Part shown: piece after piece, positions 55,248-64,000 of the stretch | How the letters are laid out: every line of letters starts with the position of its first letter | Numbering within the stretch: position 1 is the first letter of the stretch | Source of the DNA: a virus | Virus record (IMG/VR): IMGVR_UViG_3300035491_000116 | Span: 2,239 to 66,238 of that record | Reading direction: 5' to 3' (one strand) | Length of the DNA: 64,000 nucleotides | Program-made: the position numbers and the translations under genes | Notes under the pieces: generated by a model | Told to the model about the DNA's origin: nothing | The model's database searches: none | Seen by the model: the letters and a program-made list of their open reading frames with translations, nothing else

Positions 55248-55592
55248 GTGCGGTTTCCTGATGAATGGTTCGACAAGCTCACAACGTTTGCGTACTTCGG
55301 GGCTTTGGGGGCTTTCGCAGCGCTGATTGGATACCTTGTGCAGGTGTCGAAGAAAGGCGCTGTGCCTATCTCGTTCACGCTGCTGGTCATCACCATGATG
55401 GTGGGCTGCTATCTGGGTGTGCTGTTCAGTCAGCTTTTGCCGTCTGACTGGAGCAACAGAGACGCGGTGGTGCTGCTGATCGGCGCCACCGGTGTGAAGG
55501 GGTTCGAGATTGTTTCAAAGACCGTCCGGGAGGTTATCCCGGACGTGATTCGCAAGATGATGGGCGGGCCTCCCGGCCCGCCTCAACCCTGA
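55248..55592 (+). CDS. holin
   Basis: Three TM segments, G-x-x-G-x-x-G motifs, GAGG RBS. Confidence 0.7.
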   Translation: MRFPDEWFDKLTTFAYFGALGAFAALIGYLVQVSKKGAVPISFTLLVITMMVGCYLGVLFSQLLPSDWSNRDAVVLLIGATGVKGFEIVSKTVREVIPDVIRKMMGGPPGPPQP

Positions 55593-55787
55593 CTACGGGT
55601 AAGTCCACCAGAATCTGCCAAGCAGGGTCTCACCGCTCTCGAGCAAATACTCCATCTGACGGCTCTTGTCAGCGATGTATGAGGTGCGGGAGGCTCGCAC
55701 AACACGGGCCTCCTCTACCTGGATCAGCAGCGGGCAGCCGACTGGAGGTAACATCTCCGGCGGGTTGAGCTTCAGATCGTCAACCAT
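55593..55787 (-). CDS. conserved small phage protein (LNPP..LPPVGCPL ... GRFWWTYP)
   Basis: Coupled to the upstream MazG-like gene. Confidence 0.65.
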   Translation of the reverse strand: MVDDLKLNPPEMLPPVGCPLLIQVEEARVVRASRTSYIADKSRQMEYLLESGETLLGRFWWTYP

Positions 55788-56254
55788 CAGAACGCCTTCC
55801 CACCCGCTGCAGCCCGATTCTCCGGCTTGTGGTCAGGGCGGCTGTTGTTGAAGACGATCTTCTCGATCATGGCGCCTGCAATGTTGTAGCCGAACCCGCC
55901 GCCGTAGTCCCCGCAGCGGACCAGGGCGTCAGCCAGTTCCACCTCAGCCATCTTGCGATGAGGCAGCTTGTCGTCCTGCAGGTTTTTGCGCTCGCCTTCC
56001 ATCGCCTCGCTGATCTCGGAGTGAATCAGGCACAGCAGCTCACCCTTGTTACGGTCCAAGCGCTCCCCGGTCTTCAGGTCGTTCCACCAGCCGCCGCGGA
56101 CGGACATCTCGTGGCAGAGGTTCAGGAGGTCGCGGGCTCCTGTGTACATCTGCATGATTTCCTGCGGCGTTTTGCCGGTCAGGTGGGCCAGGTCAACGAT
56201 GGCTTGTGGCAGGGTTTCTTCGTGCGGGGTAACAATGCTCATATCTGGTCTCAC
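55787..56254 (-). CDS. MazG-like all-alpha NTP pyrophosphohydrolase
   Basis: LIHSEISEAMEG...EVELAD...EK..FN..R.DH. Confidence 0.85.
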   Translation of the reverse strand: MRPDMSIVTPHEETLPQAIVDLAHLTGKTPQEIMQMYTGARDLLNLCHEMSVRGGWWNDLKTGERLDRNKGELLCLIHSEISEAMEGERKNLQDDKLPHRKMAEVELADALVRCGDYGGGFGYNIAGAMIEKIVFNNSRPDHKPENRAAAGGKAF

Positions 56255-58452
56255 AGTTCAATGATGTTGGTGGCGAGCGCTTGATCTTGCTCTCGGTGGG
56301 TGATCAGCAGCACTTGCTTGGCGCTTCCCGCCAGGCTGCTTGAAAGACCGACTGCATGGCGTTCCGACATGGACTCGGTGGGTTCGTCGAAGATCAGCAA
56401 GCTGTCGCTGCCGTAGAGTGCGCGGCTGAGGCCGATACGGATGGCCACGCCGATGTGGGCTTTCTGGGCACCAGAGGCGGAGGTCACCGGTGCTTCGATG
56501 CCATCCTCAGTGAACAGGAAGTCGCCGTCGCGGTAGTCGATCCGCTGGATCAGCCCGGACGAGGAGGTGGCCACCTGCCGGGACGCTGCGGCCAGAACGG
56601 CCTGCCAAACTTCCTTCAGGTAGGTGTTACGTCGATCGCCAAGGAACCGGCCGAGGCGCTTGGCCCGGTCATGGTCTGCTGCAGCTGCCTGCGCCGCACT
56701 CTGACGGCCTTTCAGCTCCGCCTCGCGGCGCTGAGCGTCATTGAGCTTGGCCGCGGCATCCGCCAGGGCGAACCCGGCGTCATCGACGGCCTTCTGCAGG
56801 GACCTGGCGAGCGCCGCATGTTCAGATTCCAGGCGGCGGGCTTCCGCCTCCAGCTGAGCCGCTGTGTCGATCTCGACGTCAGTGGGCGGGGTAGGAGCCT
56901 CCGGCAGATCCGCCAGCGCGTCTTCGGCCCTGGCGAGCTTCTTGGCAGCGCTGGACAGCTTGGTCTGGTGTTTCTGGTAGACAGCTGCTACCTGCTCAGA
57001 TGTGGCCACAGAGCCCTGTAGCTTCTCGACCTCGGGGGCGAGGGATTCCAACGCCTGGGTTGCTGCAGCAAGGTCCTTCTGCAAGGTGTCCAGGCCGGGC
57101 AGCTCCTCCAGCTTGGCCTCGTTGGCCAGCTTGGCTGCCGTGTGGCGGCGCAGTGCGTCCTCTCCCTTGTCGAGGCGCTTCAACTCTTCCCGGAGCGCTG
57201 CCACGTCTGCCTCAATCCCCTTGGCTTCCTGGGTGTTGGCTGCGACGGACTTCTCCTTCTCAGCGATCTCAGCAGCCAGCTTCTCAGGGTCGTGGTCAGT
57301 GAGCTGGGTACCGCAGGTGGGGCAGGCTGCGCCGTCTGCCATGCTTTTCAGCGCGGCCATTTCACTGCGGTCGATGGAGACGAGATCCAGCGCGGCGCGG
57401 CGACCGGATTCCAGACTGCTGATGCGCTCTTCGATCTCCTCACGGGTGCGGCCAGCCAGGATTTCGTCGAGGTTCCGCTGGGCTTCTTCTGCCGCGTCCT
57501 CTGCGTTGACAACCGCGTCCCCAAGCCGGAGGGCCTCACCGAACTTGCCTCGCAGCGTGTTCAAGTTCTCCTGCGCATCCTGTGCCTTGCGCTTCAGCTC
57601 AGCCAGATGCTCCCGCTGTGCCTCAACGTCTCCCGGCTCCTCAACCTCTTCAGCCTGCAGTTCCGCCAGCTGTGATTTCAGAGTATCGACGTTGGCTTGT
57701 GCAGCGCTGCGCTCACGAAGCAGCCTGTCAGCGGCTCTGCGGGCCTTGGACAGCTCCTCGGAGCTTGGGGAGGGGTAAGCCACTGCCAACGGCTCCAAAC
57801 GCGCCTGTGCAGCCTCTGCTTCGGCCAGAACCTCGCCGGCGTTGAAGTGCTCTCCCTCGAGTTGGTTGACTACGTCAGAGATCGCAGCCAGCTGCTCAGC
57901 GCTGACGGTGTTCATCTCGACGTCGCGGGCAGCGAACTTCGCCCGATCGGAAGCAGCGGCCTGCACTTTGTCGATCACGTCGACACCGGCAAACTCTTCC
58001 ACTTTCCGGGAGAGCGCTGCGCCGCCGAAGGTCAGGATGCCGGAGGTCTCACCCTGCTTGGACTGGACAAACAGGTTGTAGTCCTTGGCAGTGATGCCTA
58101 GCAACTCCTCGATGTAGGCGGTGACCGGGGTGTTACCGTTGGCGAGCAACTCTTCGTTGCCCTCGTCAATGCGTACCAGCTTGGCTGTGGACTTGGTCCG
58201 GGTCAGGACGTAAACAGCGGGCGCCACCGTGAAATGCAGCCCCAGACTGAACGTGCTCTGGCCCCAAGTCGGGACGTTTTCTTTTTTGCCCGGTACGACA
58301 GTGATGCCGAACAGGGCGGCTTCGATGGCCTGCAGCAGCGTGGATTTGCCGCGGGCATTGTCACCGACGATCACGTTCAGGCCGTCGGTGAACCAGAAGT
58401 CCTGGTTCCCGAGCTTCTTGAAGTTGGTAGTGGTCAGGCTGAGTAGTTTCAC
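56251..58452 (-). CDS. sbcC: SbcC/Rad50-like recombination ATPase
   Basis: Walker A GDNARGKST, zinc hook CPTC, signature SGAQ, Walker B LLIFDEP. Confidence 0.92.
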   Translation of the reverse strand: MKLLSLTTTNFKKLGNQDFWFTDGLNVIVGDNARGKSTLLQAIEAALFGITVVPGKKENVPTWGQSTFSLGLHFTVAPAVYVLTRTKSTAKLVRIDEGNEELLANGNTPVTAYIEELLGITAKDYNLFVQSKQGETSGILTFGGAALSRKVEEFAGVDVIDKVQAAASDRAKFAARDVEMNTVSAEQLAAISDVVNQLEGEHFNAGEVLAEAEAAQARLEPLAVAYPSPSSEELSKARRAADRLLRERSAAQANVDTLKSQLAELQAEEVEEPGDVEAQREHLAELKRKAQDAQENLNTLRGKFGEALRLGDAVVNAEDAAEEAQRNLDEILAGRTREEIEERISSLESGRRAALDLVSIDRSEMAALKSMADGAACPTCGTQLTDHDPEKLAAEIAEKEKSVAANTQEAKGIEADVAALREELKRLDKGEDALRRHTAAKLANEAKLEELPGLDTLQKDLAAATQALESLAPEVEKLQGSVATSEQVAAVYQKHQTKLSSAAKKLARAEDALADLPEAPTPPTDVEIDTAAQLEAEARRLESEHAALARSLQKAVDDAGFALADAAAKLNDAQRREAELKGRQSAAQAAAADHDRAKRLGRFLGDRRNTYLKEVWQAVLAAASRQVATSSSGLIQRIDYRDGDFLFTEDGIEAPVTSASGAQKAHIGVAIRIGLSRALYGSDSLLIFDEPTESMSERHAVGLSSSLAGSAKQVLLITHREQDQALATNIIEL

Positions 58453-58482
58453 TTGATCAGTCCTTCAAAGGTAGTTGATCTG

Positions 58483-58791
58483 CTATTCATCGGCTTCTTC
58501 CCCTTCCTCCAGGCAGTCGTTGCAGACGGCCTCGCCGCCGACCTGCTGGACCTGGCTGAGTTCCTCGAACCAGTCGCAGCGGACACAGCGCTCGAAGCCG
58601 TTGTCGAGCATCAACGCCTCGATGTGAACTTCCAGGCACTCTGGAATCTGCTGCAGGGCTCTGGCTTCACCGGAGGCGCTGTGGCCGATGGTGTCTACCC
58701 ATTCGTCGCGCTCCTGGGCGGTCATGGCGTCGAATGGGTCGCCTGAGTGAGTTTCTACCTGCGGAGGAGGCTCCGTTAGGAGGAAGCTCAT
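58483..58791 (-). CDS. acidic zinc-finger protein (CVRC ... CNDC)
   Basis: Two CxxC pairs; between sbcD and sbcC. Confidence 0.65.
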   Translation of the reverse strand: MSFLLTEPPPQVETHSGDPFDAMTAQERDEWVDTIGHSASGEARALQQIPECLEVHIEALMLDNGFERCVRCDWFEELSQVQQVGGEAVCNDCLEEGEEADE

Positions 58792-59858
58792 GACATCACC
58801 TCTCTGAGCAGCTCACGGTAGAGCGGCTGCAGGTCTGATCCCTCCAGGTCAGCGTCAATGTGGGTTCTGAGATCGGATACTTGATGTGCTACAACCTGCT
58901 CCAGATCCTGCAGGTGGTCACCGATCTGCACGTTGTTGCGGACGGCCAGCAGGTCATCACCCGCTGCCCAGACCTGCTGGACGTAGTGGGCGACAGCGAC
59001 GGCGTCTTCGGCTGCCCCGGCACCGACGACGTCGACGAACTGCACACCTCTGAGGTCCGGGATCTCCTCGCCATACTTCAGCTGCCGATAGCTGTCTTCC
59101 ATCGACCAGATCTTCACCGGCGTCAGCTCGGCGGTTTCGTCGTCCAGCAGGTAGCGATATTTGTCCGACAGATCGCTGAAACTGGTAGGGTGGGTGTTAC
59201 CCAGGATGACCACTCTGCCTTCGAGGTGAGTGGCTGGCTTGTGCTCGTGCCCCAGCAGGATTAGGTCGAAGTGGTCCAGCAGCTGCGCAGCCAGCTCTTC
59301 CGGAAGGTTGAGTGTGTCGTCCTGGATCTCGAACGCGCAGTTGTAGTTGCAGTGCAGGAGCAAGATCGCTGCCTGTCCGTCTCGATTGCCGGCTGCGTGT
59401 TCCGCAGCTTCCATCATTGCCTTCTCGAACAGCTCCTGACTGGCGTGGTGCGGGACGAAGTACAGGGCGCCGTGGGCCTCGAAGTACGGTGTGGACAGGT
59501 CGGGCGCCGAGATGATCGAGTGACCCATCTGCTTCAGTGCCGCCAGTGTCGTTACCGTGCCTTCACGGTTGGTCTCGTCGTGGTTCCCCGACAAAGTCCA
59601 TGCACACCTGTTGGCAACTTCGTGCCCTTGCACCAGCGTCGATTCGTCGTTGAACGCCCGGTCGAAGAGATCTCCCAGGCAGATGTTTTCAGCCGGTGTT
59701 TCGTAAGGGGCAGCGGCGAGCGCTGCCTCATACAGTGCCTGCTGCAGCTTCTTTGAAGACTCTCGGGTGGTATTGGCCGACCGTCTGGTTCCCAGATGCG
59801 GATCGGTGAATAGGTTGAAGATCACTGCTGTCTCCTTGTTGCAGCCAACGCTGCACAC
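58788..59858 (-). CDS. sbcD: SbcD/Mre11-like metallophosphoesterase nuclease
   Basis: DPHLG, GDLFD, GNHD and GHEH motifs. Confidence 0.92.
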   Translation of the reverse strand: MCSVGCNKETAVIFNLFTDPHLGTRRSANTTRESSKKLQQALYEAALAAAPYETPAENICLGDLFDRAFNDESTLVQGHEVANRCAWTLSGNHDETNREGTVTTLAALKQMGHSIISAPDLSTPYFEAHGALYFVPHHASQELFEKAMMEAAEHAAGNRDGQAAILLLHCNYNCAFEIQDDTLNLPEELAAQLLDHFDLILLGHEHKPATHLEGRVVILGNTHPTSFSDLSDKYRYLLDDETAELTPVKIWSMEDSYRQLKYGEEIPDLRGVQFVDVVGAGAAEDAVAVAHYVQQVWAAGDDLLAVRNNVQIGDHLQDLEQVVAHQVSDLRTHIDADLEGSDLQPLYRELLREVMS

Positions 59859-60037
59859 GTATTGGTGCCGAGGGAGTCCCCCTCAATCGCGCACTTCGCT
59901 TCCAGAGGGCTGGTTCCGCCCTCGATCAGATCCGCGATGACCTTGTGGCGGTGGGCTGTGCAGGCGACAGGGGACAGGACCACCGTCGCCACCAGTACGG
60001 CGGCGACGATGCCCATGGCCAGTTCTTTGCTGTCCAT
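59822..60037 (-). CDS. small membrane-anchored protein (71 aa)
   Basis: Start MDSKELAM; N-terminal hydrophobic helix; overlaps the upstream stop. Confidence 0.5.
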   Translation of the reverse strand: MDSKELAMGIVAAVLVATVVLSPVACTAHRHKVIADLIEGGTSPLEAKCAIEGDSLGTNTCAALAATRRQQ

Positions 60038-60204
60038 CACTCGACACCCGCGGTGGCTTTGGCGATGCGAAGGACCATGGCTGCGCCGATGATTGCTCCA
60101 CCACCGAACAGCAATCCGAAGGTGAACACATCCAGCGCCCGGTGGGCCAAACAGATCAGGTCCCTGGTTAAGGAAATGGCCGAGGATTTGAGCAGCTCCT
60201 TCAC
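60037..60204 (-). CDS. small membrane protein (55 aa, GTG start; below the ORF-track cutoff)
   Basis: GGAGGAC RBS; overlaps the ligase stop; hydrophobic C-terminal helix. Confidence 0.45.
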   Translation of the reverse strand: MKELLKSSAISLTRDLICLAHRALDVFTFGLLFGGGAIIGAAMVLRIAKATAGVE

Positions 60205-61313
60205 ACGTCCTCCCTCCAGCGCAGCGCCACCGGCAGCAGCGGGATACCATCCTTGCTGAACCCGAAGAACTGCACCGTCAGCTGCTTGCCGATATAGGAC
60301 TCAAAGTCCTGCCACTGCTTATCCTTCTCCTGCATGGTGCCTGCGGCGGTGACCTTGAAAAACTTGTTCGGGCCAACCTGGCATGTCCAGACAGGCACCT
60401 CATAGCCGAACTTCGGGGTGCCGCGCTGGCAGCCGACCACCTTGAACTCAGCGTCTGAGAAGTCTTTAACCTTGAGCAGGGAAGAGCTGCGCTTGCCGTC
60501 TTCGTATGGGGTGTGGCCGTGACGGAGGATCGAACCCTCGTAGCCTTCCTCAAGCCAGCCGGTGTGCAACGCTGTCAGCTCCTCGCGGGAGGTGACAGGT
60601 ACAGAAGGTAAGAGGATGACCGGTGAATCCGCGCTGTGAGAGAACCGGCCCAGGGTCTCCTGGAGCCACTCACGGCGTTCGCTGTATGGCATCTTCTGCA
60701 TCACGTCGTACACGTAGTATTTGAGCTGCTTCGACTCCTCTCGCGGCTTCTTAACCAGGCTGCCTATGTCCTGAAGCAGCATGCCGTGGACGTAGAGTTC
60801 ACCGTCGAGGCCGGCGCCAAGCAGTTGGTGGTCACCGAGGAAGTCGCGGATGTGAGGGAGGTGGATTTCCTTGCCGTTGCGGCTGTACATGATGCTGTCA
60901 GTCAGCCCACGGTGGCCGTCTAGCTTCGGCTGGCCGAACGCGGTCTCCCAGTCGACCTTCTCCGGCTTCACCTTGTCGATCGGGTGGGCCAGCATCGGCT
61001 TACGCAAGCCGAGGCTGTTGGTGGCTGGGGCGTCTGCTTCCTCGACGGTACGGACGTAGCCCTTGTCGAGCTGCTTCTTCACACGGCTTTCCAGCTCCAG
61101 CTGAGCCTGCTGCAGGCAAGACGTTTCGTTGGCTCGGCCGATGTTCTTTCCGAATACCTCGACAAAGTTCTCTACGTCAGCGCCGTCCAGCGTTTTGCGG
61201 TGGCGGATCACGAGGAAGACGCGGCCGTTGCTGTGCTCCTGGATGCCAATGGCCCAGGCGCCGATAGACTTGCCGTGGTTTTTGAACAGGGTGGTTGGTT
61301 CGTGGATATTCAC
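60201..61313 (-). CDS. lig: ATP-dependent DNA ligase with N-terminal WGR-like domain
   Basis: QPKLDG (motif I), LDGELY, EGSILR, LLKVK; OB domain. Confidence 0.92.
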   Translation of the reverse strand: MNIHEPTTLFKNHGKSIGAWAIGIQEHSNGRVFLVIRHRKTLDGADVENFVEVFGKNIGRANETSCLQQAQLELESRVKKQLDKGYVRTVEEADAPATNSLGLRKPMLAHPIDKVKPEKVDWETAFGQPKLDGHRGLTDSIMYSRNGKEIHLPHIRDFLGDHQLLGAGLDGELYVHGMLLQDIGSLVKKPREESKQLKYYVYDVMQKMPYSERREWLQETLGRFSHSADSPVILLPSVPVTSREELTALHTGWLEEGYEGSILRHGHTPYEDGKRSSSLLKVKDFSDAEFKVVGCQRGTPKFGYEVPVWTCQVGPNKFFKVTAAGTMQEKDKQWQDFESYIGKQLTVQFFGFSKDGIPLLPVALRWREDV

Positions 61314-61825
61314 TGGTGAAGTACCTTGTATCTGGCGATGGTTTCGGAGGCCGGCGGCATGTCCATGGCGAGGGCTTCCGCGACCTTCTCGATGTCTAAC
61401 TTGGTCCCGACGCTGATGGATTCCCACACCTGCATGGGTTGCTTATCTCGGCTGTTTGAAAGGGCTGCAATCCCGTTCCACAGTTCCAGGCGACGGCCTT
61501 CCACGTCCCAGAACAGAACGAGGTAGGTTTGCCCGAGCAGCTCGCCGTAGAAGTGAATTGCCCCACGCTGCGCGGGCCTGAGCATGGCTTTCTGCAGGCG
61601 GCGGTGCTTTTCACTGGCCTTTGCCTCAAGGAAAAGCATTTTGGCTGGCTCCTCTCCTTGCGGAGGGGGTGCCAGCAGGTAGTCAGCCGGCTGCTCCTGC
61701 ACGAACGCCCCGCCGGCCGACGCCGAGTCAGGGAATCGGTGCCAGCCGAGGAGGTGGGTTTGCTTGAGCTGGTTGAATACTTGCTCGAGCTGTTTCTCGA
61801 AAATCTTCCCAATGTCAGTAGCCAT
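61310..61825 (-). CDS. RecU-like Holliday junction resolvase (PD-(D/E)xK)
   Basis: GKIFEKQL, PADYL and FLEAKAS motifs. Confidence 0.7.
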   Translation of the reverse strand: MATDIGKIFEKQLEQVFNQLKQTHLLGWHRFPDSASAGGAFVQEQPADYLLAPPPQGEEPAKMLFLEAKASEKHRRLQKAMLRPAQRGAIHFYGELLGQTYLVLFWDVEGRRLELWNGIAALSNSRDKQPMQVWESISVGTKLDIEKVAEALAMDMPPASETIARYKVLHQ

Positions 61826-62351
61826 TCGGGAGCCTCCAAGACTCAACGTACTGCACGACAGTTGCCTGCAGATCCTCGATCGTGCCGTCGTTGACGATTT
61901 GGGTTGGCAGGGTGAGACCGCCAAGCGCGTCCTCACTGACGTGCTCTGCCACCTGCTCGGCGCCGGGGCGCAGGATCTCGATGAGCAGCCCTCCACTGCT
62001 CATGATCCAGTCCGCCTCGTTGCGGAAGCGCACGTCGCTGACCACCATTCCGGTGCCCATCTGCTCGGCTACCTGCCTGCGGCTTTCCGCCAGCAGAACC
62101 CAGAGGTCTGGGTGCACGAGGTCCCGGCCCCATTCGGTGCCGAGGGTCTGCATCAGGTAGCGGGGTGATTTGCCCAGCCACGGGATGGGCGACTCGCGGT
62201 CGCCCTCCCGGAACTTGTCGCCGAAGACGGCCTCGAGCATTTCCTTGAGAGGATCGGCGAAGGCGTAGCGCTCAACTCCAAACGCCCTGACCAGAGCGTC
62301 CGCAGCGGTGTCCTTGCCTGACCGAGCTTTACCGACAAGGCCGATCAGCAT
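61815..62351 (-). CDS. deoxynucleoside monophosphate kinase
   Basis: LIGLVGKARSGKDT P-loop, FADPLK, PRYLMQTLGTEWGR, SDVRFRNE. Confidence 0.92.
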   Translation of the reverse strand: MLIGLVGKARSGKDTAADALVRAFGVERYAFADPLKEMLEAVFGDKFREGDRESPIPWLGKSPRYLMQTLGTEWGRDLVHPDLWVLLAESRRQVAEQMGTGMVVSDVRFRNEADWIMSSGGLLIEILRPGAEQVAEHVSEDALGGLTLPTQIVNDGTIEDLQATVVQYVESWRLPNGY

Positions 62352-63058
62352 GCGATCACCATCTTCATGCCGGCTCGCAGGTCTTCTTCCAGGTCGGTCA
62401 GGTTCTCGAGAGCCCACTCGATATAGGAGTGCGGCAGGTTGCACAGCTTCTTGCCCTTGTGCTTGCCGAACTTCATCTTCATGCCTGGGTGGCCCCACGG
62501 GTTATCGAGCCAGTGCACGAACTCCTGCAGAGTGCTGACTTCTGCCCGCTGCATAGCCGGTTTGATCAGGTCGAGGGTCATGGTGATGTCAGCCAGGGCG
62601 TCGTGAGCGTTTTCCGGATCACGGCCAGTCAAGGAACGGTAGGTATCCCCGAGGTTGGCTTTCTCCTGCAGGCCGAGCACCTTGAACCGGTTAGCAGCGA
62701 TGTACAGGTCAAGGGCGGGGCGCTCTTCAAGCCCCAATCGACGGGCTATCACGTCGTCGTACCGCTTGGAGTTGAAGCCCACCACGCGGTCGATCTCGGT
62801 GGTGTTGACGACCTCAAACTGCTCGGAGAGGTAGACCTCGTAGTGAGGGGCAAGCTCGACGTGATGGTCGTAGATGCCGTGGATCTTCGAGGCCCCTTCC
62901 GGGATAGGCTCACCCGGGTGGAGCAGGGTGACGTCCTTGGTCAGGACCTCGTAGCTGCCGTCATCGAACAGCTTGGCGAAGCACAGGGCGGCTTGCGCCA
63001 CCCCGCACTTCTTGGGGTTGACCCCAGTGGTCTCATAGTCGTGGGCGAATACGATCAC
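62345..63058 (-). CDS. DEDDh 3'-5' exonuclease (Exo X / DnaQ-like) with C-terminal FGKHKG domain
   Basis: HDYETTG, GFNSKRYD, AHDALAD; MKFGKHKG...Y..W. Confidence 0.9.
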   Translation of the reverse strand: MIVFAHDYETTGVNPKKCGVAQAALCFAKLFDDGSYEVLTKDVTLLHPGEPIPEGASKIHGIYDHHVELAPHYEVYLSEQFEVVNTTEIDRVVGFNSKRYDDVIARRLGLEERPALDLYIAANRFKVLGLQEKANLGDTYRSLTGRDPENAHDALADITMTLDLIKPAMQRAEVSTLQEFVHWLDNPWGHPGMKMKFGKHKGKKLCNLPHSYIEWALENLTDLEEDLRAGMKMVIAC

Positions 63059-64000
63059 GCTGCTTCCTCCATCTGTTCCCACATTTGCTCGGCTTCACCC
63101 AGACTGCGTTCCACAGCAGCTGTGATGGCCTCATCACTGGGAGCCCGCCCCAGTTCGTGTACACGGCCCCAGTCCGGCCCGATGCTGAACTCCGGAACCT
63201 GCGGAACCGGGTGGCTCGGCGGCGTTGCGGAGCTCATGATTTCGCCCATCTCACGGCAATACTCGATGACGTCCTTCTTGTGCACCCATGCGACCGTTTC
63301 GTCGTAGATAGGAGCGAAGAAGACCATGTCGAGGCGGTGCAGCAGGTTGCGGCGGACGATACTGGTGAGAACGATGCGCAGCATCTCCGCCGCCGTGCCT
63401 TGGATGGTGGCGTTGGCGCCCTGGCGGTGCTGGCGGCTGACCTTGCCGCGGTCCTTGCTGAACACGTCGTCTGTGGCGTGTCGCTTAGTGCCGAAGGCAG
63501 TCAGGGTGAACCCGTTCTTCTCCATGAACTTCGCGGTCTCCTGCTGCCACTGCGGGATGCGGGCATACAGGGTCATGGCACCGGTCAGGAGTTCGTCGGC
63601 TTCTTCCACCGGTACAACGAGGTTGCGGGACAAGGTGCCGGGGCCTGCGCCGTAGGCCAGCCCGAAGTTGACGCCTTTAGCACTCTTGCGGATGCCGTCA
63701 GCGAGCTTGTTCAGCGGGTGGTCTTCAAGGCTCCGGGCCTGGTTGAACTCGGCGAACTCCGACAGGGCCTGCAGGCCCACTTTCAGGTCTGCGGTACCGG
63801 CCTTGGTAGCCTTCAACGCCGCGATACCTGACCCGGTTACCGAGTGCAGATCCTTCTCGTCTTCCGGGTTGTAGGCGTCGATCATTACCGGGTCGCCGGA
63901 CTCACACGCCAGCAGGCGAAGTTCCTGGCCGTTGTAGTCGATCGCTACGCAGACGTAGTCCTTGCCGGGTGGCACGAACTGGCTGCGCATGGCCTTGTCC
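63055..64000 (-). CDS. polA: family A DNA polymerase, C-terminal part (truncated by the window edge)
   Basis: Motif A DYNGQELR, motif B RKSAKGVNFGLAYG, IQGTAA, motif C IYDE. Confidence 0.93.
   Translation of the reverse strand, partial: DKAMRSQFVPPGKDYVCVAIDYNGQELRLLACESGDPVMIDAYNPEDEKDLHSVTGSGIAALKATKAGTADLKVGLQALSEFAEFNQARSLEDHPLNKLADGIRKSAKGVNFGLAYGAGPGTLSRNLVVPVEEADELLTGAMTLYARIPQWQQETAKFMEKNGFTLTAFGTKRHATDDVFSKDRGKVSRQHRQGANATIQGTAAEMLRIVLTSIVRRNLLHRLDMVFFAPIYDETVAWVHKKDVIEYCREMGEIMSSATPPSHPVPQVPEFSIGPDWGRVHELGRAPSDEAITAAVERSLGEAEQMWEQMEEAA

Noticed and set aside
55787-64000. 2-aminoadenine (Z-genome) pathway inferred from MazG-like + PolA
   Set aside because: No purZ or datZ in the window; cannot be supported from this sequence.
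1-64000. tRNA genes, integrase, repressor, transposase
   Set aside because: No cloverleaf with T-loop consensus or recombinase motifs found by eye; a tRNAscan or HMM run could still find something I missed.

Overview
The window is 64 kb of a tailed dsDNA phage genome (siphovirus-type Caudoviricetes, GC-rich by eye). The host is probably a gammaproteobacterium, judged from a canonical CTGT-N8-ACAG SOS box and lambda-type tail-tip genes. Layout: (i) 1-19.9 kb, about 40 tightly coupled, mostly uncharacterised minus-strand early genes, interrupted by a structured AT-rich non-coding block at 16.5-17.2 kb; (ii) a ~1 kb hairpin-rich non-coding block at 19.9-21.0 kb, a candidate genome end or packaging site; (iii) a plus-strand late region with HU-like protein, terminase (gpA-type large subunit), portal, S49 protease/scaffold, capsid, neck, tail tube, frameshifted chaperones, a 1986-aa tape measure, lambda M/L/K/I/J-like tail tip, an S74-chaperoned side fibre, an embedded fatty-acid-desaturase / Asp-beta-hydroxylase cassette and a lysis cassette in reversed order; (iv) a minus-strand replication and recombination block (MazG-like, SbcCD, ATP-dependent ligase, RecU-like resolvase, dNMP kinase, DEDDh exonuclease, C-terminus of a family A polymerase). 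I saw no integrase, tRNA or CRISPR array. Best leads: the desaturase/cupin/hydroxylase cassette inside the tail operon, a 14-bp quasi-palindrome at about 10 operon junctions, a LexA box upstream of the terminase large subunit, a candidate Crn4-like anti-CRISPR ring nuclease, and a CCC-UGA +1 frameshift site. All family assignments come from motif recognition by eye; no database search was run.
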